Position numbers and translations under genes: made by a program. A DNA stretch of 61,271 bases, the filler included, from Sphacelaria rigidula (taxonomy: Eukaryota), in assembly GCA_964200075.2 (NCBI GenBank). It is 6 parts of 6 records of this genome, joined end to end, with 100 filler letters (N's around TTAATTAATTAA, not from the genome) between each part and the next. Parts side by side here need not be neighbours in the genome. Positions count along the whole stretch, not along the records: positions 30,688 to 40,815 come from CAXNAA020007076.1; positions 40,916 to 51,043 come from CAXNAA020007077.1; 4 more parts are not named here. The stretch is one strand, 5' to 3'. Below, piece after piece: positions 38,691 to 51,043 of the stretch. The notes under the pieces are model-generated. The model was not told where the DNA came from. It worked only from the letters and a program-made list of their open reading frames with translations, and ran no database searches. Position 1 is the first letter of the stretch; each line of letters starts with the position of its first letter.

Positions 38691-39051
38691 AAATTTTGCG
38701 CTTTTTTCGAAACGCGCATTTTTTGGTCTATGCGTTTCAAAACCGCCGATTCTTGAGTGCTGAATGATGACTGCTACCTATCACCCTACCACATGCCACA
38801 TGCCAATTACAAAGTGTTGATCCTATTTATCCGGTTAATGACGGGTCTGACCAGTACATACGCTAGTACATAGTACATAGTAGTGCGAATGATAGCACAT
38901 CAGTACGATGTGCGCTGCACCATGTGATGCCTTGAAGCTGGAAGTTGTTTTCAGAATTCCAAATTGTTCCGGGTGGCTGTGGGTGATGAAGGATGGAGTG
39001 TGGACACGGGATTTACAAATTCGGGATGAATTTTGTATTGCGGATGAAAAA

Positions 39052-39404
39052 AACCCGGGGAATTGAATCTTCGCATCCACACCGAATCTTCGAAGTATGG
39101 CTGCGTTTCTTAACTGGCTGGTATAGCTATTGACAACTACTACACGACATACAAATTTGGATATCGATAACCGAAAGGTTAGGGGTCTATTATAGGTTCA
39201 AAACCAATTTGGGGCAATTTCGGCGATCTGATGGGACCGTCTAATTCCCCCAAATTGGCTTCGCATCTAGGACCCCAACATGACGGTGATCACGATCAAA
39301 ATATGTATTGCTTGTAGCAGTTGTCGATAGCTACGAGTGGTTGAAGGAGTGGATTTAAAATTCGAAGCTTTGGTGTGCATACGAAGGGTTCAATTCTCCG
39401 GGTT
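39052..39404. mobile_element. MITE with long imperfect inverted repeats
   Basis: AACCCGGG..AATTGAATCTTCGCATCCACACC pairs with GGTGTGCATACGAAGGGTTCAATTCTCCGGGTT. Same family as 13581-13897. Confidence 0.7.
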
Positions 39405-39604
39405 CTCCTTCTAACTCAGCAATAAAATACATGAATACACGCGCGAGACCTTCTTGCAAACCCGCATACGGACATCAAAGCTTCATAGGCCCAACGTGTC
39501 GTCTTGTCCTCCTGCCAGAACGTGCGTAATGAGAGAAAATAGCCACAGCGAGGACGCGAAAAAGGCGAAAAAGGCGCGCATAATTTGCCAACAAAATGTA
39601 ATAA

Positions 39605-40075
39605 GGCCAACTCTACGGGGAGCCGTGCGAAATTACTCTCGGGAACTGCCTTTTGAGTCCTCCTCCGTCGATTCACGCCCGAAAAGAGGGCCAGGCGGAT
39701 CTTGACGCCTTGGAATGACTTTCTCTACTCGTTGAGACCGTTCTAGCGCAACTTTGCATTTTCCGCCGACCGCACTTTTGTTTTTGACAAAAGTAGGCCA
39801 AACACGAATTTTCAGTAAAAAACGGTCAGGTGATCAAAATGTCCCTCGGAATTTTGATCGCTTTACCGTGTTTCACTGAAAATCGATTATCGGCCAGAAA
39901 TAAACGTGCGACCAGCGGAAAATGCAAACTTGCCCCGGAACCGTCTCAATGAGTAGAGGAAGTCATTCCAAGCATCAATATCCGCCTAGCCCGCTTTTCA
40001 GGCGTAAAACGACGGAGAAGCGCCAAAAAAGCAGTTTCAAGCAGGAGTTTTGAATGGCTCCCATTAGAGTCGGTC
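39605..40075. mobile_element. Tourist/Harbinger-type foldback MITE with TAA TSD
   Basis: TAA-GGCCAACTCTA ... TAGAGTCGGTC-TAA, with imperfectly complementary arms of about 200 bp. It is a distant relative of 41395-41866. Confidence 0.8.
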
Positions 40076-40382
40076 TAACTGGCGCATCATTTGCAAAATT
40101 GAGAGTTAAATAAAAAAATGATAACACATAATTCCGGAATACAACGGGGAAAGGGCAAACACCTACATGAAGCTAGTGTGGTGTGTAACGGAAAATCTCT
40201 TCTGCCTACTCATACCCAACTGCACCTACTTTTGAAAAACCGGACGGAGCGAAACGAAACAGTCGGACTCTGGTGTCGGGGGCAATGAGGCCACGTATTT
40301 ATGGCAGCTGAACATCTCGAATGCGTCAAAGATCGTAAAAACTCGAATTAGGAAAATTGATTCATCGCCCCAAATATGACCC

Positions 40383-40383
<1 letters not shown>

Positions 40384-40439
<56 letters not shown>
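40384..40439. repeat. (TGAT)n microsatellite, the tail of a minus-strand retroposon end
   Basis: Direct reading. The adjacent ATCCAGCCCGTGATCA matches the reverse complement of the TGACCACGGCTGGAT motif. Confidence 0.85.
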
Positions 40440-40574
40440 ATCTCACATGAGGTGATTACAACAATCCAGCCCGTGATCAGGAGCAGCAAAAATGGAACAG
40501 AACAATAAAAAGTAATACAACGGCAGAAGCAACGGCCTCAGAAAGGAAAGAAAGGGGGCAGCGATAACAACAAA

Positions 40575-40599
40575 AAACACCACCACCACCACCAACAAT

Positions 40600-40663
<64 letters not shown>

Positions 40664-40668
40664 GGAAC

Positions 40669-40712
<44 letters not shown>

Positions 40713-40790
40713 GGAACAAACAACAACAGCAGTAACAACAAAATAACGACAAACACAAACACAAGCACAAGCACGAGCAAAGACAAAAAA
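40575..40790. repeat. (CAA)n microsatellite and low-complexity tract
   Basis: Direct reading. Confidence 0.95.
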
Positions 40791-40815
40791 GATGATGATC
40801 GCGCATTACGTAGCT

Positions 40816-40915
40816 NNNNNNNNNNNNNNNNNNNNNNNNNNNNNNNNNNNNNNNNNNNNTTAATTAATTAANNNNNNNNNNNNNNNNNNNNNNNNNNNNN
40901 NNNNNNNNNNNNNNN
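40816..40915. other. Artificial contig linker
   Basis: N44-TTAATTAATTAA-N44. Confidence 0.98.
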
Positions 40916-41394
40916 ATGAGACGAAGAAATGCACACACGAAATGAAAAATTGGCCAAGTTAAAGTGAATGATCAAAGCTACTCTCAATTCGCACCCAACT
41001 CTCAATCTCACGAAAACCTTGTCAAAAGTGCAGTCACGTTGAAGTGTGGTGCACAATTATGCGATCAAAATCGCGTGTAGCAAGTTCCATGCGATATACT
41101 ATGATCGAATGATTGCTCTACACTAGGGTAGTCTGGGCCCTTACCCGGGTGCAATCATGCGGCGTCGGCAGCCCACTATGCTATGATGAGACCCCACTGT
41201 ATCTGGAAAACTGTGGCTATCCACGCCTGCCAGGATGCTCGCGTTTGTGTGCTGTTGTGCTACAGTACTTGGCGCACGAGGCACGAGCTGATTCGTGCTT
41301 CCTTATGGAATGGTAGGCGCTTATATCTGTATTTTTTTCTCCTGAGGAATGTACTCTTAGATACGTTGCACGCGCACATATATATTGACCCTGA

Positions 41395-41866
41395 GGCTAC
41401 ATCTTATGTATCGAAAAATAAATCTTGTTGAAAAGTGCATTTTTGATCCTTCTTCATCGTTTTTCGCCCGAAAAGAGGGCCAGGGAGATGTTGACTCCTT
41501 GGAATGACTTGCTGTGCTAGTTGAGACCGTTCAAGAGCGCCTTCGCGTTTTCCGTAGGTCACGATTTCGTTTTTGATCAAACTTGTATTTTCAAAAACAA
41601 ACGGTCAAGTTACAAAAATAACAGGGGGAAACTGCCAATTTTTTTAAATAACTTGACCGTTTGTTAATGAAAATACAAGTTTGATCAAAAACGAAATCGT
41701 GACCTACGGAAAACGCGAAGGCGCTCTTGAACGATCTCAACTAGCACAGCAAGTCATTCCAAGGTGTCAACATCTCCCTGGCCCTCTTTTCGGGCGAAAA
41801 ACGATGAAAAAGGATCAAAAATGCACTTTTCAACAAGATTTATTTTTCGATACATGAGAAATAGCC
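41395..41866. mobile_element. Foldback MITE (Harbinger/Tourist-like), 472 bp, 3-bp TSD TGA
   Basis: TGA-GGCTA...TAGCC-TGA. Arms of about 215 bp are nearly perfectly complementary around a spacer of about 35 bp. Confidence 0.9.
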
Positions 41867-42156
41867 TGAAGACAGATTTTAGATTGGGTGATCATAAAAC
41901 GTGCCTCGTGTGGATAGTGGAGGTGTTTAGTGCTCGCTGCGATTCGACTTTCGGTGCACAAGTGCATGGCGGGTAGTCCGGCGACATCGTTGAGTAAATC
42001 GCCGGAATAGTATGGTAGTCTTGTGTGGCATACGCCATGCTACACTCGCCTTTATTTTGACACACATCCTGCTTGTTGGCTTTTGTTTGGCACAATGATG
42101 GAGGATGTGCTGTTTTATTTTTCTTCCTTACCCGACGTTGTCTACTGCTGTTGCAG

Positions 42157-45100
42157 CGGGTACAAGTTCATAGGCGACAAGAACACCAACAACGAAGCGG
42201 AATACTCCGGCCTCATTCTGGGCCTGGAAGCGGCCATGCGCCTCGGGTTGCGCAACGTCATGGTGAAGGGCGATTCAAACCTCATCATCCAGCAGGTACT
42301 TTTACCTCGCGATGCGGACCGGGCCGCTGTCTCGCTGTTTTGGATCCATGCTGTGGTTTTTCAGGGCTGATGCTTCTGGCCTACGACGTGTTGATTTATT
42401 TGAGGCAGATTTTGCTAGACTCAGCTATGTGTGGGCATCATTGTTTTTGATACCTATTGCGTCATCATTATTGTATTCTGGGCATTGTAGCGCCTGTCCA
42501 GCAGATGATGTAGGTACTCCAGCAGCTGCAGGCGTCTGTTGTTTTCTTGACCGCTTCCATGATGCCCCTGCTGTTCGACGCAAAAACGTTTTTTTTTTCT
42601 TGTATGCGTCGTGCTCCGGTGGTGTGTTGAACAAGTTCAGTGCCTTCTGTACTGCGGCGATGGCGATTCCAGTACACCAGAAGCCCCTACGTATGTCATG
42701 CGCTTGCAGTACCACCTACAGTTCTCCGTCCACGTGTTGCGCCTTCTTGTAATACAATCATCTTGTCGAAAAATATCATCTGAGATAAATCTGTTGCAAA
42801 CATGAACATGGCAATCCCTCTTATTCCTGTCTCATCTGTGCGCTCTGTGGGTCCAGATGAATGGAAGGTGGAGAGTGACTGCACCCAAGCTATTGGAAAA
42901 GTACAAGCAGGTAAGATCCCTGGAAGCGCTTTATGGAAAAACATAGCCCAGCATGTTGGTGTACTGTCGCCTGCTCAGTGACTCTGTGCCGTCAAAGCAG
43001 CGGCATGCCGTACAGCAATAGAAGCGACGTAAAATGCAGCAACTAATCTCCGCCAGTTACACGCACCACTCGTGCGTCCCCCCGACCAGTCGCATTTTTC
43101 GGCGTTCCTCATCACCCGACCCTGTCCTATTAGCAACGGAGAGATGGGTACTCGAATATACCAACTTATGTTTTGCGGCAAGGCGTTTACTCTGCTGAGA
43201 AATGTGAAACATGCTGATTTACGTTGAAATTGGGTAAGTCTTTGCTCTGCCGAATTTTGATCTAGCTCTGCCGAATCTTGATCTAGAAGAAGAAAAGTAA
43301 GCACCGGCACCGCTTGCTTCCTCTCGCGGTAAGCTCCACGGAGGCGTACATGAATCGTCTCTCCGAAGGGTTTATCTCTTCAAAAAAGGCATGATCGAAA
43401 CTGTCATTGATCGCGAGTGAAAACTCTCGTACGATGACACGAGAGACTAACTACACTCGGCCGGCGGAGTCAACTCACTGTGCTGCTTAGCTTAATGCAG
43501 GCATGTACAAAACATGCAATGTTGAAGGCCCTACAACTCCGAATACGCACGGTCGGTTTGCCTTCGACGTTTAAACTCCCCAAGTGTCCGCTAACAAAGC
43601 CCCTGCCCCCCCCCACATACAAAAACTTCAGGCGCAATCGGTGGTGAAGCAAGGAGACCTCATGTGCACCTGGCAGCACGTAAGCCGCAGTCTCAACAAG
43701 CGCGCTGACCTCCTCGCGAACATCGCCATGGATAGCCGGGGGGAGGGGGAAGTCTTTGGACAGTCCCCGCCGGTCGCCTCCGCAGCTGACCCTGCAGCAG
43801 CAGCCGCTGCCGTCGCCGCCATGACCGCGACCTCCGCCACTCCTAGCCTCCCAGGCATAGGCGCTTCAGCCGCCGGCGCGACTGTTCCCCCCCCGATGCA
43901 GGGTGCACCACCCGCACTGGCGGTGACGACAGGCCTACCGCCGTCGAGTGCGGTGAGCGCCGCGCCGGCAGCACAGGTCGGGTTAGCAGCACTTGGTCCC
44001 GCGGGGGTGGTTCCCGCTGCGGTGACCACCGCCAGTGCGCCGATGGTGAGCGTTTCGACACCAGCGCGTCCGGTCGGCGGCCTGGTGGGGGTTCTGGGGG
44101 GTGCTTCGGGCGTTGCGGGTGGCGCCGGCGCCGGCGGGCTCAAGATGCCGGAGCGGCGGTTCATGGTGCACGTAGCGGTGTGGGCGAAAACGGATAGTGT
44201 TCCCGGCGCGGTTGCGGCGATCTTGTACGAGGAAGGATCTTGGCGTCGACTGAAGGTATACTATACATACTATACACTAGGACGGTGGATTACCCTGCGG
44301 GACCTTTTCTTTGTTGGAGGTATGAAGCAGTGTACAACGGAGGACCGCACAGTGCAGTAAAGTACGGTGCGGTGCGGTCAGTATGTAGAGTCGTTGGGCA
44401 CCGCAAACGTTGCATTGTAGTGGTCGCTGGACATGCCCCACCATTGGCACTGCGGTTTGATTCAGTATGGCACTAGGATAATGCTCAACGCACGATGCAG
44501 TTTAACATACATATATATATACATATATATATACATATATATACACATATATATATATATATATGGCATGCTTTTCGCGGCCTCGTTTTTCTCTCTGCGT
44601 TCACTTCTTGAAAGGTGCTGGTTCGCTGAAATCGTGCCCCTAGTCAGGCATGAGCTTCTCGGCACTGACTGATTGATTTGATTGGTTGTCGCACTTTAAG
44701 TGACACCCCAGGGCTCCAGCCGTAGTCACATGGTAGACATGTGTGTGCTGCAGTTGTGTGTGTGTTAGTGTTGTAGTCCTTCTATTCTAGACGCCGGTCT
44801 ACACCTTTCGGTATATGTGGGCGCACCAGCCGGGGTCACACAGGAGGAAGGTCAACACAGGAGTATTTTTCTTTTTATTTGTTTTTAGCACCCCCACCTT
44901 CCTTCTGCGGTGCTTGCCTTTGTTTTTTATCGCGAAAGGGGTTCAGCAGCTCCTTTCCCTCGTCGACCGTTAGGTGGATTGTTTTTACCCGAGGCAAAAC
45001 AAGACTGAAATACTTCCTGAACACAAAAAAAAAACGCAAAAAGCAGAGCAGAACAACAGAGTAGACTGAGAAGGAACAAAAAGTGGCCGGCCTCTGCCGG

Positions 45101-48100
45101 GAAGAAGGTCTTGCGCAGAACCACATTCATACCCAGCCATATAGAAGAAACGGCCGTGGGAAAAGATTGCGACTCATGTACTACGACTGCACTATTTGGA
45201 GTATGACCTATCTTATCCACAGACAAACACAATAAAGCGAGCCGCCAGCCACACGGCTCTGGCATACACCGACAGAAAAGAATACAAGGGTCGGACAAAT
45301 CAATGATTCGTCTGGAAATTACTTGGTTTTAGTAGAACTGATTCGACTCGTACGAATCNNNNNNNNNNCAGGCACACGCAGCCCAGATACGTGGAATGGC
45401 GCAAAAGTTGCGTGGATACCCCTTGGACCAGCGGTCGACTTTTTTTCTCCCTTTAGGGCAATCAGGCCGAATAAATCGTGGATTTGATGATTCGTGGTCG
45501 TGATGGTTCGTCCTAACCGTCAAATAATATACATAGATATATAGAGATATTCTAGAGCGTGTGAACAGACACTCGAAATACCTCTGTACACGGGGGATCC
45601 AAAGGTGGTGTTGGAAAAAGTCCTAGTACAGAGTATTGAGAAACGTGTGTTGTCGTGTTTGCCTTAACCCTTAGACCGCGGCGCGGGTAGTCCAACTAGA
45701 TCACGCATACTTTTTTCAAGTGGATATTGATGCCAATTCAGCAGGTGACCTACCCTCGCGGTCTAAGGGTCAACCCTTTTGGAACCAATCGACGATTCTT
45801 GTTTTTGTGAATCGGCCGGCATCATTTTCAGTATTTTTCGAGTCAAAATGATGCCGATTCACAAACCAAAAATCGTCAATGGGTCCCCAAAGACTCTAGA
45901 TGCTGGAGTGTCACCTCTTACTGGACGCTGGCCGTGCGTTTGTTCCGCGCTCGTTACCGTGGCTGCAGTGTGGTGGAAATAGGAAGCGCCGCGTGCGTGC
46001 ACCCTACGACACCGTAACATCTGCGTTGTAGGTAGTGGCTGTGACTCTCTCAGTGTGATGAAGTCACACCTCCTGCAGCTGCGTGCATCTCGTTTTTCTG
46101 TTGTCAAGTCCTCTGATATTGTGGACACATTAGAGGTATCTCAAACTCGGCTACCGGTATCTTGGTTTGTTTTGTTCTATTTTTTTCAAGTGAAAGTGGT
46201 GGCGATTAATGAGATGATGAGACCCTTTCACCACCAGGCCAGGTCCTTCTATGAATCGCGATCACTTTCACTTGAAAATACAGTACACAACTCAGAGCCA
46301 GCGAATAAACCAGGATACCGGGAGCCGAGTTTGAGATACCTCTATTAATAGCAGCTTTTGATAACTTTCACACCCCTGGATAATATATGGCCAATAGATG
46401 CAATAGACAAGAAACGTACTGCATAAAGTATAGGCCTATTGCAACTATTGCCGGCCGACAATAGTCGCAATAGGCTTATACTTTATGCAGTACGTTTCTT
46501 GTCTGTTGCAACTATTGACCATATAGTGTCCAAGGTGTGATAACTTTCAAACCGTGCAGTAAGCCACAGTTTTTCCTTCCGCAGTGATGCTGCACAACAC
46601 GAACCATCGGCCGACACGACGTTGTACTGTTGTACATGCAGTCTCTCGGCACCACTCCTCCAGTCTACGCACCAGGTTATTCCCCTACAAGCAAACCCGC
46701 AGCTGCACAAGGTCACCGATACCACAGGCCGGAAATACGTCGACCAAGCGAACGCCAAATCACTCACTGGTTTCCCGCTGAAGCGTGAAAGGCGTAGCTT
46801 GGCTCCATCCTGAAAACCGAATTTGAGTCTCTTTTTGTGCTCTAGTTTGATGCATCTCCTCCACCTCCTCTCCGCAATTCCACGGGACTGTCAAGCCGAA
46901 GTTTTCCCAAAAGCGGTTTTTGCGCGCGAGGGTTTCGTACTGTTTTTAACTCCGCTTTTTCAATTCGACCACTTCCCACTACTGGCGTCTCCGCGAAGGC
47001 GTTGATGCGCGTGGCGAGGTGCAGCTCGCAACGCCACTTCACGCAAGACAGCACCGGGGCAGTCGAGGGAACGGCAGTGGTTGCCGACATGCTGCGCGTC
47101 ATGGGGGAAGCGCTGGAGGAGGTGGAGGTGCTTGGCGGGGGAAAGCTGGCGGCGATAACGAACGAGCCGCAGCTGTCCATCCTTCTGCGGGTGAGACATA
47201 CGCAGTTCGAGAGTCGCTAGATCTAAGGGTTATCATGTAGATCGGGGCTCAAAAACATCGGGCAGTGAAGCCTCTGCTGTGCCTGAATTATTGGAGTGCA
47301 TCGCAAGAAGCCAAATATATTGCGATTTTCGTCGATACCGACGTTGTGCCTAAGGCGATTCCTATTGCGATGACCAGCGTTTGGTGCGCTACCTCTCGAG
47401 ACGCCTACGAAGTTCTTAGACTAGAGCACGCACGCAATAGACTAGATACATATATAATATTTCCACTGAACCAACCTACAGCACCTACCGGAAGTACCCC
47501 CTGCTCACCCCGCGCGCGCCACCTGCCCCTTCCCCAACCCCGACGTCCCTTAAACAGGACGTAACTCAATCAATTCGAGTTCCAAAGGCTAATCGCCCCG
47601 GGGAAGTGTTCGCATCCAACCCCTCCGTGTCGCGCGTGTTACAACGCTGGGTGGCGTTGGACGGTGTTCTTTTGGAGGCAAGCGACGAGAACGAGATAGC
47701 CTCCACCATCATTCTCGCTCGGTGCTGTGCGGACCCCCCGCCTGTGTCCTATCTCACTTGGAACCGCGGCCCTGACAACAGCAACCCTCCCGCCGGAGCT
47801 ACCCCCTCCGTCGATTCGACCACCGCCTCCGTCGCTGCCTCTACTGCCGCTGGAGGAGCCAGAGACACGGCCGCCGAAAACCCTAGCCCAACTCTCGACG
47901 TGATCTCGTCGGCTCCTGCGGGTGGAGGCGGGGGAATCCTCGGCGTGGTCGGCGCTGGAAGCACCGTCGCCGCCTCTGCTACGACCCCTGTCGCCGCCGT
48001 TACCGGCCCCGCGCATGGGGTATCCAGAATGGCGGTGGCGGCGCCGTCTCCGTTCCCGGGGTTTTCCGGCGGCTCAACGGGTGGAGTTGACGTGGCGGCA

Positions 48101-48373
48101 GAAGCAGCGGCAGCGGCGGCTGCGGTGGCGGCGGAAGCAGAAGCGGGTGTGGAAGCGGCGGCGGGTTTAGTAGCGCCTGTGGCCGGGGTAGAAGGTGGCG
48201 CGGGATTGCTGAAGCGCCCCTCCCCGAGGATTGACGTCGAGGGCGATGATTCGGGTTCTGTGAGGAAGATGCCGCGGACGGAGGAACCGGGAGACAGGGG
48301 AGGGGATGTCGGGGGTACTGTGGATGTAGGGGGCGGCACTGCTATCGTGACTAACGATCACATACGAATTTAA
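42157..48373 (+). CDS. RNase HI-like domain protein (archaeal/actinobacterial-type RNase H), 5'-partial, with Ala/Pro-rich linkers and a putative second degenerate RNase H-like domain
   Basis: Exons 42157-42295, 42857-42910, 43632-44255, 46999-47190 and 47588-48373 join in frame (the last two acceptors are AAG, so less certain). Motifs: TNNEAEYSGLILGLEAA, VKGDSNLIIQQMNGRWRV, WQHVSRSLNKRADLLANIAMD. Confidence 0.85.
44507..44563. repeat. (TA)/(CA) microsatellite
   Basis: Direct reading. Confidence 0.9.
44755..44990 (-). mobile_element. 3' part of the tRNA-derived SINE
   Basis: CTATTCTAGACGCCGGTCTACACCTTTCGGTATATGTGGGCGCACCAGCCGGGGTCACACAGG, colinear with about 15734-15950. Confidence 0.8.
45668..45897. 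mobile_element. Two adjacent piggyBac-like mini-MITEs
   Basis: TTAA-CCCTTAGACCGCG...CGCGGTCTAAGGG-TCAA (45668-45769) is immediately followed by a CCCTTTTGGAA.. element (45774-45897) that shares the TCAA site. Confidence 0.8.
46369..46539. mobile_element. 171-bp palindromic MITE with 8-bp TSD, intronic
   Basis: ATAACTTT-CACACC...GGTGTG-ATAACTTT. The arms are complementary right up to the centre. Confidence 0.88.
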
Positions 48374-49699
48374 CTTTGGGGTGTACTATCTGTGCGTATG
48401 TGTGTTCGTTGGGTGTGGGCAAAGTAATTACAAAGCGGTGCATGTATGACCGTGATTGCCGCGGTTTTGACGAGTATAGACTTTGGTTTGTGGGCGCGCA
48501 CATAAACTTCGCGCTTGTGAAGTTGCTGGGTGTTGCTCTCTGCACGGCTGCCGAAGTGAAACAATTGTGGGGCACGTCGCAAGGTGTTGCTGCTTGGAGT
48601 ATATTTGTACTTTCGTCTGGTGTCGTACGGTAGGACGAAAGTAGTGAGGAGATTCGTCGTCAGGCATCATATCTTGGAAATAAGTAGAATTCGAACTCAT
48701 CCAGCGCGCCCTGTGCTAGGCGTACGGTGAACGATCACAGGAAAGCACAAGATAGCCTCGCCCTCGCGGCTTTTCAAGGAGCGACGGAGGTGGTATCCCA
48801 GGGACATAAAACGTACTTTTTAACGTGATTGCTTGTGTATCTAGTAGACGAGCGGGGTTCCAGATGGGGTAACCTTTAACCTTTATACACTCGAGGCGTT
48901 GAGGCATCCTGGGAGGTCAAGATCGCAAATTGCATCGCCGTGGCTGTACCCCTACAACAGAAGAAGAAGAAAGTCTTGGTGCATTACTTTGACCATGAAC
49001 AAACGGACCAGTTTCTGAGAGTTCACCGTTGGGTCGATTCTGCATCAAATGAAAACGATTTGATAATGCTGGTTCATCGGAAGCGACCACCTTCGGGCTC
49101 CTCGATTTGTGGCACTGTCATCGCCTGTCCTCGACGAAAAAACAATACGCTTACGGGGAGAAAAATCACGTGTTTCACGTTTGTGATCACCTCTACACTG
49201 AATCCGTGCAAATCATGCCCCGTATGCCATCACCCTCGCTTAGGTCCCGTCTAAATCAGACAAAAAACAGGAGAAGACAAAGTGGGAATGAGAAAGACTC
49301 TGGCGGTTTTCGTTTTTTTTTTCTTGTCCCTCCGATTGGTTGAGGGGCTGATGCTCCATTCTCATCGCTACCGAAATCACTCTCACACAAAACAATCAGT
49401 TTAGGATTCAAACAATGGAAGCGGAACAATTTCATGAGAAAGCGCACGGGAGCGTCAAATGGTTGCCAAGCTCAGGCTGTTGGACTCATCATGGGGTGCT
49501 GCCGGCTTTCCCATCAGTAGCTATTGTCATTGTCTGCGTGTTGGCACATTTTCATCATTTTTTGCTCTTCGGCTTTCGTTAGGAATGGCGAGTAACTTCT
49601 CATGATATGTGAGGTTGCGAACTCTCAGGATCATTCTTATTGTCACGATGTGATATATATATTTCTTTGTCTCCTTAAGACCGAGCCTTCCTTCGTTAA

Positions 49700-49797
49700 C
49701 CCTTAGACCGCGAGATTAGTCTTTCTGGATCATGCATACTTTTTTTCACTTGAAATTGATGCCGATTCAACAGAAGACTAACCTCGCGGTCAAAGCG
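49700..49797. mobile_element. piggyBac-like mini-MITE
   Basis: TTAA-CCCTTAGACCGCGAG...CTCGCGGTCAAAGCG-GTAA. Same family as 45668-45769. Confidence 0.75.
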
Positions 49798-50957
49798 GTA
49801 AGTGCCAAACATGCCACCACGAAATGTACGTGTGCACCTAGTTTGTCCTCGTGGTTGTATTGTCGCCCGTCTTTTATGTTTTTGTTCTTGGTGTGTAACA
49901 TTTTAGTCGTGCGCATTTCGAGCATATGTATGTGACTACAAAAAAAAAAAAGGCGACGATGGTAAGTCCTGGTCTGTGCGTAGCAAGCATCATTTTTTCG
50001 AAGACTGCACTTTAACACGCACCTTGAGAGGAGTTCCTTAAAACAGGGGGGAATGTGAAAACGGAACACACTGCTTTCATGGGAGCGAAAGTTTTTCGAT
50101 AGTGTTCGGAACTGTGAGTGAAGTTTTGTTTAATCTCCGGAGCCCGCGAAGGTGCTTCCGAGGGGTGTCATTACCCAAAAACCCAAACACCGTCGAAAAA
50201 TTCAACAAAATGGTACCCTTCAAAGGTGCATTCTGGGGGTACCGTTCCTTCCCCACAATCGTGAACATCGAAAAAAAACATTCTAATGAAAAATGTTCGT
50301 TCCCTTTCTTCAAAGTTCCCGGGTCTTTTCCCGAACTGTACCTTGACGCGTAAACCGGAGTTTTTTTTATCAAGTTTTGTCTTCATTCCTCTGAGTTCCT
50401 TGGGATGGACCCCTGAGTCGGACTTTTGACTTTGCAAGAGTCATGCTACGGTAAGGGGGGCGTGTTTGATCCCACAGAGAAAAGGGCTCATAGGTGCGTC
50501 AGACAACCTAACACACTCGCAGTGCGCTTGTATTGGGGTAAAAACGGTGTCAAGCAATATGAATAAGCGTTATTTTATCGGCGACAAGCGCATCCGAACC
50601 ACCGTTGCTACTTGTAACCACGATTTGCAATGGAGTTTTCGGGGGAGAAATCGCCAAAAATACCCCCCACCCCCTCGCATTTTCGTAGCATGATGTGCAA
50701 GTGAAGATAGTGCCGATTCAACCGATGGATACCCATAATAAGCGGTCAAGGAGTTAACGGTGGGTACAACTGTGCAAATGTTACCAAAAACGCGTTACCC
50801 CAGGATAATGTACGGACGAACAAACACGGGTGCCTTCAACCTACTGATATTCCGCTGAAATCGGCATCGAATGCACCAAGCATGCTAGTAAGATTATTTG
50901 CTCCCTCAAGTAACGCCTCGAATTGGCTCTTGAGGGCAATCATTTGATCGAATCCCC

Positions 50958-50997
<40 letters not shown>

Positions 50998-51043
50998 CAA
51001 CCACGCCCCCCCCCACCCCCCCCCCCCCGCCACCGGACACCCC

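Noticed and set aside
43628..48339. Long antisense ORFs (43628-44164, 47749-48339; likewise 33359-34003 and 24114-24620)
   Set aside because: They are shadows of GC-rich coding exons on the opposite strand.
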